Assembly (NCBI GenBank): GCA_964188305.1
Contig: OZ076895.1
Length of the DNA stretch: 64,000 bases
Reading direction: 5' to 3' (one strand)
DNA from: Podarcis bocagei
Taxonomy: Eukaryota
The position numbers were made by a program, and so were the translations under genes. How positions within the stretch are numbered: position 1 is the first letter of the stretch; each line of letters starts with the position of its first letter. Shown here piece by piece: positions 12,843 through 25,736 of this stretch. The notes below the pieces were generated by a model. That model searched no databases and was not told where the DNA came from. It was given only the letters and a program-made list of their open reading frames with translations.

Positions 12843-12969
12843 CAGTGCAGGAATCCTTTGCCCAACGTGGGGCACGAACCCACAATCCTGCAATTAAGAG
12901 TCTCATGCTCTGTTGTTGGCATCTGTCTGTCTTGAGAGAGACAAAAGTCTACTGAATGAGCCACTCAGC
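12843..12969 (-). mobile_element. tRNA-Lys-derived SINE fragment interrupted by a ~36-bp piece of another repeat
   Basis: Reverse complement of a tRNA-Lys(CTT)-like head (GAGCATGAGACTCTTAAT...GGGTTCGTGCCCCACGTTGGGC); insert ttggcatctgtctgtcttgagagagacaa resembles 11912-11940. Confidence 0.75.
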
Positions 12970-15350
12970 TTTGCTTCAGAGAAGCAAAGGGAAACCATGA
13001 ACATGATTATTTAATGAGCACAAATGGATTGTGGTCGAGCAACAGGATGTGCCTTTTTATAAAAACCCCTGTTAACGTCCATCTAGCCGTCGGAAGCTTT
13101 TCACTACGGTCTGGAAGTGGTTGAGCGTAGGTGTTCACCCTGTCTTACAGGGCTGTTATGTAGAAGAGACAACACGAAGTAACGGTGTTAACTTTCGATT
13201 CCCTGTGCGTTACTCACAGCTTCTGAAAATATAGCTAGGCAAGCAGAACTGCTCCAGTGTCTGTGCTGTGCATAAGTACGTGATAGCGGTGGAGACTTAG
13301 GAGGAATCGTAATAAGCGGAGAACAAAGGCCAGAGAGGTTGGCTGCCCTCGGTTCCTGCTGCCCCACATATCCCCTTCCCATGCTAAGTTGCCTTTCTCC
13401 TTTCTCTTTCCCTTGGTCCCTCTCCCTCTCCTGCCCTTTGACCCTGCTCCTTTTGTTCTTCCAGCTTGCTCCCCCTCCTTTGGGCTCTCTCGCCACTCAG
13501 TCAGTCCTCTCAGACATTTTCTGTCAGCTTGAAGGTTGTGCCTTTAAGCTTGTAAGGTTTCCTGAGGCCTGGCTTTGGACAGTGTTGTGCTTAAGAACCT
13601 CTACAACAGTGGCAGTGCCTTTGCCTTGGCGAACTCTTCTCAGCTTGCAGGACTCCCTGCTTTCTGAAGGCAGAGAGGTGCTAATAAGTATATGATACCT
13701 TCAAGGGCAATAAAGAATGCTAGCAGCATTGGTTTGTTGCTTGGGTAGTGCTATTCAAGAGGGTAATATCCTTCATCCAGTCACATAGCTTAAAGTTACT
13801 TGGATTGTTTCTCAGGAAAGAGAAATGAATAGGTCTGAAAAAAACATTTCACATTCCTAGTTGCCATTATCACATTCCTAGGATGTGAGGGTCTTGGGTA
13901 CAAGGTTAAACAAGAATTGTTCCTGTGTAGAGAATTGTAATGAATTGAGCTGCCCACTGTTTAACTCAAAATAGAGAGCAGGTCACTTCATAGGAATAAT
14001 TTGTTACAGTTTTCTCCTTGTAGAAAAGAACACGTGATTTCAATACAACTATGTGCATATACTGCTGAAAGTAAACAGATCACACTTATGTGTTCCTACA
14101 TGAGAGTAAAAATGTAATCAATGAAATGACACAAAGCTATGCTTCCATTCTAGCACATAAACACTTTGCAGTTTAAAAAGTCTTTTGTTTTTCCTCTTTG
14201 AGGAAATTTGGCTACTTATTTTAATTACATTATAGATCCAAAATTCACAAAAGCTCGTAAACTTTCCACACATAGGATTGGACTTCTCACTGTTTTGGTC
14301 TAATAGAAGAAGAGAACTTGACAGTGTGGGATTACTTTTGAACAATCTGTTTCTTGCAGATTTGTTTAGTTTTAATCAAAGGTACTTCATGAATACCTTA
14401 AGGCTTTTTAACAGACAGTGTCGATTCTTTGATGTATTAATTGAATAAATTTATGTAATTCAGTAACATCTGAGGCCATTTAGTTTTCTTACCACTTCAT
14501 GTTTTCTCTATGGGTTTTTTTAAAGGTAGTTGATGATATATTTATTATGCTCTGCTTATGTTGGTGTATTCTAAATTCACAAAACGGAATATTACCCTTT
14601 CTGCATGTATATGAGCCATCTTAAGGATGGAACCTTTTCATATGAGTCCATTAGGCAGGACTTTCAAAGAATGTGATTCCCTCAGCTTCCCAGCCACATT
14701 GTCTGAGGGATGATACACCGGGCTGCAAGTACCCTGCATTAAAAATGTGAATTGCCTGAGCACAGAATTTTAACATTATTTGTCAGGAAAAGCTGGTGCA
14801 ACCTGTTTAAATTTATGCAGATTCAGCAAACATACAGATTTCTTTTTCACTCTGGACTCTATACCATGATGGCTTTGCACTACCCCTGAAAGGAAGGACA
14901 TCTGTTCACCTACTTATTGTTGCTCTCTTCAACCCTCTGCAGCAGCGGCTTTCTCACCCTTTGCGATGAGCCAGAGGTGTCAGTCTGTACAAGACCTTGA
15001 TGATATCGGGGTGAATTGACTGCCTGTCTCTTGTAGCAGCTCAGTGATTGCTGCATGCCTGCTAGGTTATACAATATTCTGGCTCTCAGCTATGCTTAGG
15101 GAGTTTCTCTGGCTCAGCTTCTGTGCACAGGGGGGAGTGAAAGGGAACATTTTTTATTGTGCATTTTCTTTTGTGTGGTGTGCTTCACCGTTGATGATCT
15201 ACCTTCCAGGTTTCAAATATTTTGAACCTCATTCAAATACCACAGTAAGCAGACTGTGTGGTAACTCTGTTCTTCTTTTTTTTCTCTCTCTCAACATGTT
15301 CCTGAATTTCCTGCTTGTGGGATGAATTGGTTGGTGTTGGCAAATTTCAG

Positions 15351-15515
15351 AGCCTATTGTGAAGAATGGCAGACCTCCAACATCCCATAGTATGCACTCA
15401 TTCCTTCACCAGTACACGGGATCCTTCAAAAAGCCTCCGCTACGAAGACCACACAGTGTTATCGGTGGCAGCCTTGGCTCTTTCATGGCAATGCCAAGGA
15501 ACGGGAGCAGATTAG
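15351..15515 (+). CDS. CDK17: CDK17 coding exon 2 (EPIVKNGRPPTSHSMH...PRNGSRL)
   Basis: tttcag| acceptor, G|gtaatg donor, 165 nt in frame. Confidence 0.97.
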
Positions 15516-16430
15516 GTAATGTGTCCTTATATTATCAATTCATTATGTTATTCTATGGCTTCTGCACTCCAGAGTATCAGTAAGGCAATCATATTTCTAA
15601 TATAGTAATAGAAATAAAACTGGTGGACACCATCTATGTAGGATGGCATCCTAGTTAGCTGGATGCAAAACAACAACAACAACTGTAAGCGGTAAACAAA
15701 TCAAAACTATTAATTTATAAAACATTTCCATGTGAATGGCTAACACCTAGGAAGGTAGACTGTATCCCTCACATAGACCACAATCCAAATTGTTTACCGC
15801 TGCAGCCGAGGTTCTGGAGTCATGGAGCTACCACCACATCCACAGCCTGGCTGCTCAGAGTGGTGGCAACAGAAAGGAGGTGTGGAGCTCGGCTGATCAG
15901 GCTTGATCCCTGCACCTGCATGAGGCTGGCACAGCAATTGGGAACAAATCAGTCCTGATGCCCACCAGCTGTGAGAGCAACTCAGCATCCTGTAAATCCC
16001 AGGCTGATGTCACCTTCACTCCATTTCATTGCTATCCACTGGACTGTGTTGGGGATACCATTGGCGGCCTTCTGCCCACATTGCTGGTGGAGCAGCGCAT
16101 GTACCACTTTATTGGCAGCAGTTGACAGGAGCCCAGCAGTTCATAGAATCGTTTATTTAAAGGCCGCTAAGATTGCAGTGCTATGCATACTTATGTGCGA
16201 GTGAGTCCCATGAAACTCAGTGTGACTTATTTGTGAGTAGACATGAATAGCATGGTGCTGTAAAGCCCTATTTGGGTGTTCACTCTTGTGATTCAAGAGC
16301 CCCACGATTCAAGGGATACTATCACCCTTCCAGAAAGGCCGAGTTAATCCAGACCAGAGTGTGCCACAAAGCATGTACACAGCGTTATGGTGCTTCACAA
16401 AAGAAGGCTTCGAGAAATCTCAAAAGTATA

Positions 16431-16677
16431 CAGTGGTGCCTCGCAAGACGAAATTAATTCGTTCTGCGAGTTTTTTCGTCTTGCGAATTTTTCATCTTGC
16501 GAAGCACCTCTTCAAGCAATGCACCCTGGTATTAACGGTTTTAAGAAAAAGGAAACAAACTTGCAAGACGTTTTCGTCTTGCGAAGCAAGGCCATAGGGA
16601 AATTCGTCTTGCGAAGCAACTCAAAAAACGAAAAACTCTTTCGTCTTGCGAGGCATTCGTCTTGCAAGGTACCACTG
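16431..16677. mobile_element. Tigger-like MITE with internal TTCGTCTTGCGA repeats
   Basis: TA TSD, TIR CAGTGGT(G/A)CCT(C/T)GCAAGACGAA. Confidence 0.9.
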
Positions 16678-18709
16678 TACATCCTTCTGTATACTTACTC
16701 ATTCTAAATGGAAACTGCAGTTGTTGCCATCTCCTGGTCGGCTTTCATCTTAAATGAAGCTTAAGATAGCAGTAACGTTTGGTGGTTGAAGCAATCAAAA
16801 TAAAGGTGGAGTGTAAATCACGAGTCCCCGTGATGAAACATTTGGGACTGACTGTTCTAAGTTGGTGGTGGTAGGAAGATGATATTGCCAGACTTCAGCC
16901 CATTGGCTAGAGATGACAGCTGTGAAAAGCGTTTGCATAAGATTCATAACCAATCCATTCTTTACAGTCTCCTTCCTAAGTCTTATGGTGATCTCTCCTC
17001 CTGCAATTATTTTGTTGTCTGAATCAATTACATGCTTTTATGTTACTGAATCCTTGGAATATTGCTTAAATATTCATGAGTGCAGGTTCCCCTCCCCTCT
17101 TTGTACAGAAATTAACTGGCAGGCTTGCCAGTTCTTTGTGCCTGCAGATGTGAATTAGGTTTCCCAGAGGTGTAATTTTATGTCAATAAGCTCAAGATAT
17201 AGAAATCATTCCTATGAACAGAGTGCAGCTTTGTCTGATAAGCAGAAGGGGACTTCAGTTGGTATCGTCAATTTCCTGCATCTGCCACTACTTCACCCAG
17301 TCAATTGTATTAAATTCATTCTTTTGCATAATGGGAATAACATCTCCCATGCATGACTTTTTAATTAATACAAAGTGCATTTTTTGTTTTATTTTCAAGT
17401 AGATACAAGAATATTTAGGGCTATAAAAATAAATTTCTGCAAACAGAAGCTACTCCAGCTTAGCAAACTGCAGCAGTCATTATGCCTAGCTTCTACTGAA
17501 TTGGAAGCTTAAGCCCTGTAATTGCCAAAATGGATGCCATTACTCACAGAAGAATCTTTCGTATTCATAACAGTGGAGCGATAGAATATTTTGTTGCCTG
17601 ATCTCAACCATTCTGCAACTAACTACTTAATCTGCAGATGGCACTTTTCAATAAAGCCTTCACCTTCCTCATCAGTCATTTTCCATATAATTTATTTAAA
17701 GCGTGTATGTGACAATACCCATACAAACATGTTTTGTTGTATCAAAGGCCTGTTTATAAACCCTGTACCAGGATTTGATTTAATTCCTTTTCATTAGTTG
17801 ACAGTACTGGAATACATAATGGGAAATTGTAGAACCTCCTTTATTAGATCATGATTGGATAATTATTTAAAAAATAATATATTGCATTTATTAGTGTATA
17901 GTGCTAAAATCTAGGCATGGTAGCATCAGGATTTATTTAATTAGCTATCCATTTCTGTTATGGGAACATAGTGCTAAAGTAGCATTTATTGGGGGGTGGG
18001 GAATCAAATAACAAAGTAAATGTTTAAAATGGCACAAAGCCTATAGTATCAGCAGGTGATTGCATCACCCTTGTCACCTAAACCTGAGTCAACATGCGTT
18101 GGATATGATATATAATGGATGCACTTGCACATTGTCTAATGTTGCTTTTGCATAACTAGGCCTATGTTGATTGGACTTGTGTACGTACACAGCAGTTTAT
18201 ATGCACAGGTGGAACAGGTGTAGTCTTTCTCCTCTCCCACACATTGATTGCACATTATTTGCCTAGAACATAAAGCATCCTGTAACCCCATACTAAAGGA
18301 AATCAGCTTCTGTCAAAATCAAATATATGTATGCATTTCCATAGTGGGTTAGATAATCTTCAGTAAACCGGAGCAAGGCATTGGATTTGTGTACTCTACC
18401 CGACTCTCCTCCTGTGCAGCTGGGAGAATGCCTGACTAGTTTTACTTTCAATTTCAAAGAATCTTCACTTACTGTTAGGTGCAAAAGAGGAATCCTGTTT
18501 TAAAGCAAACAATAGTTAAACCTCTAGTGGGCAAAAGATCAGCCAGGTTCTGGGTGATTTTCAGTAGATCAATAATTGCAGTAGGCAATATTTTTTCTGA
18601 ATCCAAATATGTTAAAGAATAGCAGCAACAAAATGACTCTTCCCACCTTGATTTTGAGATTCAGTTTTGCATGGCTGTGAACTCAGTTCAGCTTTGGTAC
18701 TCAAAAGAG

Positions 18710-18953
18710 AGCCAGGGTGGTGTAGTGATTAAGAGTGGTAGATTTGTAATCTGGGGAACCGGGTTTGCGTCTCCGCTCCTCCACATGCAGCTGCTGGGTG
18801 ACCTTGGGCCAGTCACACTTCTTTGAAGTCTCTTAGCCCCACTCACCTCATAGAGTGTTTGTTGTGGGGGAGGAAGGGAAAGGAGAATGTTACCCGCTTT
18901 GAGACTCCTTCGGGTAGTGATAAAGCGGGATATCAAATCCAAAATAATAATAA
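18710..18953 (+). mobile_element. tRNA-derived SINE with MIR/L2-like body and (AAT)n tail
   Basis: GGTGGTGTAGTGATTAAGAG head, GGGTGACCTTGGGCCAGTCAC core; possible TSD AAAAGAG. Confidence 0.8.
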
Positions 18954-20430
18954 AAAAGAGCCAGCACAAGATGTTCTGCTGCCTGAGGGAGAGCCTATAG
19001 TGTACGTGTACCAAATCTCTTCAGGGCCTCCAACAAGCAATGCCTCACTTTAACAAAGTTTCCTAGGGAACATAGGGTCCTTCCAGAATGAGGCATTGTG
19101 GGTGAGGCATTGTGTGAGCAGCTGCTTTGCTGTGACAGCAGCAGCTAGTATTATTTAAAGTTTTGAGAAAACTATTAGACTTTAAACACTTTGTAACTTA
19201 CGTTTTAAACCATGGATTGAAGCTGTCTTGTTAGCAGTTAACCTTTGTTTTAACCAATATTCCAGGATTGCACATAACTCTAAGCTGAGTTTCTTTGAAA
19301 CTGTAAAGTCTTGACTGTATGAGAGGAGAAGGGAGAGAGCAGCATGCAAAGCCCCACACCATTTGTAGACTCACTGAGGCTTCTCTGTGTTGTAGTAAAC
19401 CATGGTTTCATTTTACAAATGAACCAGCCCATTGTGTTGCTGGATTATTTCTTCTAGGACAGTTTGTTTGGTTGTAGACTTGTGCCTTATTTTAATATTT
19501 TCCATCCAGAGAAGTACCGGGTATGCACTCCCCCATTTTTGAAAAGGAATCTGTTAAATACTATGCAGCATGACAAGATAATTCACACCGCTGAATTCTT
19601 CAGAATGGCCTAGATATGCCTTTTATCTTGCAGTCTTATGTTTCATCAAGAAAGTACTCCTTGTTTGCTTTGAAAATCATAGATTTGGTGTCCCTAAGAA
19701 AAATAGTCTGTTCATATTTCCCTCACTGGAATATATTGGCAAAAGCATTGTTAATCCCTCTTAATAGTGATCCAACGTCTTTAAAAACAACTAGACATTT
19801 TCTTATTTTTCCTTCATAAAGTTGTCATTAGAGGTAAATAATACAAATCTGAATGTAATTTAGTCATCACTAGTTGTGGTTCTTGTATGTTTTTCTCATT
19901 TCCTACTATCTTTTAAGAACACTAAAAAATACACGTAAATGTTACATTCACAATTTGACATTTACTATTGCATATGCAAGGAGCTGATTTGCACTGTTAC
20001 CCATTTCAAGAACACAGTGCCATTACTTGAAGTTGTTTGATAATTGAATATTACTCTCGCTTGAAATATTCTTTCTTAGCAGCTTTTAAATAAAGCATCC
20101 TCTTAAATGTATCCTTAATATGAAGCTGTATGACTTGCAGAAGATTTTGACCGTACACATTCTAAACTCATTTTTCCTGCTATCTCAACTGCATATTGGT
20201 AGCCTTCGTATTCAAAGACAAGCAGATTGAAGAAGTTTCAATTAAAAAATAGAAACTCAAGTCAATAAGACTTGTTGGACCAAAATGGCGTTGTTTTATA
20301 TTTAGAAAGAACAATCATGTCGTGGGCACAATCTTATTGATAAAATGGGTACTACATTAGTTTCGTCCAGTGCCTTTGGTTGGCAGTAAAGGCAGAAATG
20401 TGAAGTAATGGCTGGTTTTCTTTGATTTAG

Positions 20431-20564
20431 ATATTGTACATGAAAATCTGAAAATGGGATCAGATGGCGAAAGTGATCAAGCTTCCGGAACGTCGTCTGA
20501 TGAAGTCCAATCCCCTACAGGTGTTTGCCTCAGAAACCGGATACACAGAAGGATTTCCATGGAG
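20431..20564 (+). CDS. CDK17: CDK17 coding exon 3 ([29 protein letters not shown]...RRISME)
   Basis: atttag| acceptor, GAG|gtaata donor, 134 nt. Confidence 0.97.
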
Positions 20565-23447
20565 GTAATACTCCCCCATGGGAAACTATATTATGTTAAC
20601 AAGAGACTTGGGATTTGTTTGCCTGCTTTTAGCTACTTCCTTTCTTGTCAGTTAGTTTTAGAGTAAATTCATTGATGTTCACTGTAATTAGCTGGTAGTT
20701 ACTGAAGTAGCAATTAACTTTTTTCATGCTTTTTCCAAATAATATTTGATAGTGTTGTGAGACCTTCTTGTAAATAAATAATCTAACCCTTTAGAGAGTT
20801 GATATGCGAATATGTCAAAGTGTACAGTGATTAACTCTCCTAGTCTGAAGGCTGGGCCAGTGTACTTTAATTTACCCTTCCAGAGAAGAATGGTCAACCA
20901 ACTTGAATGGCCATGTTTAGTTCCTGAGTCTGCCCTCTTAAGGAGAATGATTGTTTTGCATGGCAGCTTAATTTTTAAGACCTGTCTACTTTTTTTTAAT
21001 AGCTTCACTTTCAGTTTTCTCCTGTTCTCCTAAGTTTTCCCTCCTTTTCCAGTGTTTTAGTTTGTTTGAATTCATGTACCGTAGTTTTTCCAGGGCTTAT
21101 CAGTGCCCATAGATCTCCTATTCCTTTGCCCCCTAATTCAGTGGGAAATGGATAGCATGCCCCCATCATAAGAACGCAGGAAGAGTCCTCCTGAAAGGAG
21201 AGGTTTTCCTCAGCTTTGAATTCAGATTCCTTCTATTCTTGCTGTACTTCAAGAAGTGTGAAATGAGTCGATGGAAGCATGGTCATTGACACCATAAATC
21301 GTGGAATTGTCCAACCATTCTGGCCATCCCAGTGTCCCTCTGAGTTCCCTGGACTTGACAAAGGGCACCTCAAACAATCATAACCCTCAGAATTTACTTG
21401 GGGTTCCTGGACAAAGTCTAGGAAGTTTAAGCACTTTCTGGTGCCCCCCTTGGAGGACTGAAGTTGGCAGGGAAAGGAGGTCGCAACATGACTCTAAATG
21501 CTTCTACTCTGAGCGGGAAGAGATTTCCTCAGCTACAGCTGTCTCAAAGAATGGAAGGGAATTTCTTTCTGGAAGGAAATATTGAAGTTGGTTCAATATT
21601 GAAGGTCTCTGTCTGGAGGCATCCACAGCTTCCTTGTTGCACAACAATAGGCCACTTTTCTATTGGTAAACGTATTTACCTCCAGTGACTTGGTGAGTGT
21701 AATTAAACTGAGAGCAAGTGGGAGGCTAACTTCCAGTGTTGTAGTTCCAATCCTAAATGAGACATCTGCTGCTGGTGGAGAGAGTGGGAGAGGGGGGGGA
21801 GAGGAGAATCCCAAGCACATTTAGTTTCACCCAAAGAGACATGGTGTTGAAAATTCCAGATGCTCAAAATTGCCCAGAAGCATCGTGAAATAAAAACATA
21901 TGAAAGATGTAAACATAATATAGGCCTGAGGGGGTGGTATTGATGATATATGTGGGCCCATTCCAAATCTATATCTGTGAGGTTAGAAGCTACGAGAGTA
22001 AACCTGGTCAGACCATAGGTCTTTTTCCACATCGTCTGGGTGAATGCCACATCATCCTAGGATGGAGAAGTATAGGTCAGGGGCTAGTTTGTGTGTGAGT
22101 TTTTGCCTGGGCTGGAAACTAGACAGAAAAGCTTGGCTTTTCTGTCGACTGATTCCAAAGCTATGGCTTTGAGAACTGCCCAGTTGGAGTGTTAACACTA
22201 TGAGCCCTGGAGTCTCTTGCTGCTCGGAGACAGGGGTGTCTGATTTTGGTACCAGGGCATTTCAAATAAATATTCTCAGATTTTGTGTTGTGAAGTGCAC
22301 CAAATGTTGCTGGGGGGAAAGCACTACACCCTATTGTGGCCAGATTTTGGAACTTTCTTCAGGAGTTTGTTTTGCCCTCATCAACTTTCATTTCCTGGCA
22401 TGCAGACTCTTGAGCAAAGATGGGGAACTTGTGGCCTTCAGGATGTTGTTGGACTACAACATGTAATTAGCAGGACGTGATTTAACTGTTGTTGACCATA
22501 TAGTGATGGCCACAGATTCCCTTCCCTTGCCGCTTACTAATCTGCATAACACTTCAGAAACTAAACACAATGGGAGAGTTCTAGACTTCTTCAGCTTTTC
22601 AGTCTTCCTGTTTAACAAACGGAATCTTGTATGATGGTAAACAAAGGGAGGAAAGAATACTTAATTTCCTTCATTTATAAGGCTTTGTATGCATGCCAGC
22701 CATCCTACCTGGAGAAAAATTGCAGCAAAACTGAGATGTAACTAGTTGATAATTTTAATATACAAGGGCAAAACCTACTTTAAAGTCAACTTCGTAATTG
22801 TAGAACCTTACAAAGTTCTTGCCCAAAAGAAAGTCCAAAAGAATTTTGACAATTATAATTTTGCTTTTTGGATTCAATTCAGGACACATTTTTCCTATTG
22901 ATTTGTGTGGCAACTTGCCAATTTCACCTGTTTGAGTTTATGTACTAAGAATGCAAAAAGCAGCCTTGACATTCACTTTAGTTATTTCCCTCCAAATTAA
23001 GTATCCAGACTGAAAGCCTTTTACATTTAGCAGTTTGAAAATGATGCACATAATACTCATAATTAAGTTCATCAGATAAACTCTGGAAACATTTTCCTCA
23101 CAGACTGTCGGTTCTTCCATTTCTTCCCTCCGCTACCAAATTCAAAATATGTGTTTCTAATGCCATTGAAATTAGAATGACATGATTTAATTACACGTCT
23201 GTTGGCAAGCACAATCAATGATGTCAGTGCTGGCAAGATGTCTGGGTGCTCTGAAAAATGAGGCTGTTGATAACAAGTTAGAGATTGCAAGGATATGTTT
23301 GGACAATATCTACTTTTCAGAATTATTTTATTGTATAATAGATGAGACCACTTGAGTGGTGGCTCCTCTTATTGAACTGGAATGTCTTTAAATTGTGATG
23401 CCAGTAGCATGTATAGCAGTTAAAAGATTCTGCTGTGGTTATTACAG

Positions 23448-23556
23448 CAGCTTTCTGCAACCTGGTGCTCTCCAGATTTTTGGACTACAACTCCCATCAG
23501 CCCCCAGCCATGATTGTAGTCAAGAACATCTGAAGGACAGCAGGTTGGAGAAACCT
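23448..23556. mobile_element. Degenerate palindromic hAT-like MITE
   Basis: ctccagatttttggactacaactcccatc ... tgtagtcaagaacatctgaagg. Confidence 0.65.
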
Positions 23557-23654
23557 GTTTTGTCTGTCCTACACAGACAGTAGTATATATACTATATGCC
23601 AACTAGATTGCTCACTGGGACAAGACAGTTTGAGCATATTACACTGATTCTGAT

Positions 23655-24138
23655 CTGACTGTGCTGGTTGCCAATCAGTTTCTGGACCCAATTCAAGGTG
23701 CTGGTTTTGACCTATAAAGCCTTAAATGGCTCAGGACTGTAGTACTCCCTCTCTCTATGTGAACCTACCAGGACCTTAGGTCTCTAAGGTCCTTCTTTGT
23801 GTGCCTCCTCCATGAGAGGTCCAAAGGGGGCAACACAATAACGGGCCTTTTCTGTAGTGGTCCCCTGTTGTGGAATACTCTCCCCAGGGAGCTTCGGCTA
23901 GCACCTTCATTATACACCTTTAGGCACCAGGCAAAAACACTCCTCTTCAACTAGGCCTTTGGTTGATTGACATCCACTGCCCTTTTAAATGTGTTGTGGG
24001 AGGGAGGATTATTGGTTTGTTTTTATTTTGTATTTTGTTAGTTTTTATATTGTAATTTTATATTGTGAACCACCCTGAGATCTATGGTTGAAGGGCGGTA
24101 TACAAATTTATTTATTTATTTAATAATAATAATAATAA
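23655..24138 (+). mobile_element. L2 LINE 3' fragment
   Basis: L2-type ORF2 end (QFKVLVLTYKALNG), 3'UTR, GGGCGGTATACAAAT and (AAT)n tail. Confidence 0.8.
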
Positions 24139-24787
24139 CCAGTAACTTTTGTTCTCCATACTCCCCTTCATTCCATGAGCAACATACTGTCTAAGAAGGG
24201 TCTTCAGTCAGACTATGATCTTCTTTTCTCTTATATAGAACATAATTTTTCAAATGTGTAATCTTTTTCACATATCCACTATGCACATTTTTTATTTAAA
24301 AAAAAACTAATTACAACTTAGTTTTAAAAATGTCTGTATTAAACTGTTAGGTTTTCATTCACAGTTTTAAGTTCTCTTACAGTTTGAAGATCTTATAAAG
24401 ATTATGTTTAGCTTTCTGTCCATTTATGAGGTAATGATTTCTCCATGAGTGTGTTTGGAGTGTTCCAAAGTTGAGCTCTTAATGCTTACTGACCTTTCTG
24501 AGATGTGTTCTGCTTCAGATGTGTTAGAAAATTTAATTTATGCAAAATAGATTTGCTGGAGAAGGCTGTGTGGTTTTAAATGGCTCCCATGTCTGTGAAT
24601 GACATGATTAACTTGATAGGCAATGTGTTCCTTTGATCAGCAGTTTTCAGATTGTGTGGTGAGCCTGGGGATGAGGTAGTGAACATAAGACGCTTGGAAA
24701 TGGAGTGAAGTTGAAAGGAGGGAAAGGATCCTTGAGCACATAGAAGCTGAGGCACTTTATTGTCCAGCAGTAGCTATTTAGCAGTGC

Positions 24788-25175
24788 CTAGGGGGCGGGT
24801 GGTGCTGTGGTTTAAACCACTGAGCCTCCTGGGCTTGCCGATCAGAAGGTCGGCGGTTCGAAGCCCCGCAACGGGGTGAGCTCCTGTTGCTCTGTCCCAG
24901 CTTCTGCCAACCTAGCAATTCAAAAGCACACCAGTGCAAGTAGATAAATAGGTACCGCTGCAGCAGGAAGGTAAACGGCGTTTCCGTGCGCTCTGGCTTC
25001 TGTCATGGTGTCCCGTTCTGTCAGAAGCAGTATAGTCATGCTGGCCACATGACCCGGAAAGCTGTCTGTTGACAAACGCCGACTCCCTTGACCTGAAGCG
25101 AGATGAACGCCTCACCTCATAGTCACCCTTGACTGGAGTTAACCATCCGGGGGTCCTTTACCTTTTTTGCCTTAC
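24788..25175 (+). mobile_element. Sauria SINE
   Basis: A/B boxes, CAAGTAGATAAATAGGTACC core, CCTTTACC tail; 14-bp TSD CTATTTAGCAGTGC at 24774-24787 and 25176-25189. Confidence 0.92.
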
Positions 25176-25627
25176 CTATTTAGCAGTGCAGCAGCCCAAC
25201 CCACTGTGACATCCATGGAAGCTGTAAAGAGGAAGGGAACAGAGCTAAGTGTCAGCTTCTCCCCGCTCATGCCTTCTTCCTTGATGGCTGGAGCATGGGA
25301 TATGCTCTTCTCATGCTTATGTTACATAAGTGTCCCAAACCACAGATCTTTCTCATGCAGCACTGGGCTTGCACATATCTTGCGTGCCAAAGAAATAATG
25401 GGTAGTGTGTTCCAGGGCTTCAGTAACAGAAAACAATTGTATCAATTTTTTACTGTGAAGTTAAGCTGGAAAGGTTCTTAGGACCCCTTAGTTGAACCCA
25501 ATTGTAAATGAAAGCAATTTTGGGAAGATCAGTTGTCATCTACTATATAAAATAGTAGAGATGCACACTTATGGGAAGTTCAGTGCAGCCTTTTTACATA
25601 AGGTGCTCAGGTGCGAAAGAAGCCAGA

Positions 25628-25736
25628 GGCTCCTGTACCTTTAATAGTTGCACAGAAGAGGCAGTTTCACTGTGCATGGCAAGTCACAGTCGCTGAAAAC
25701 ACCTCTTCTACACAACTATTAAAGATGCATAAGCCC
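25628..25736. repeat. Imperfect inverted repeat, probably an old MITE
   Basis: ctttaatagttgcacagaagagg ... cctcttctacacaactattaaag. Confidence 0.6.

Noticed and set aside
14990-15310. TGATGA and CTGA motifs suggesting a C/D box snoRNA
   Set aside because: Box C lacks the leading purine, and I see no terminal stem or rRNA-complementary guide.
16431-16677. Spaced short repeats resembling a CRISPR array
   Set aside because: Eukaryotic intron; the repeats are 12 bp, irregularly spaced and lie inside a TA-flanked MITE.
19088-19115. Short tandem duplications (TGAGGCATTGTG twice; also GAGCACTCAGAC twice near 52346)
   Set aside because: Ordinary slippage-type microduplications with no associated structure.
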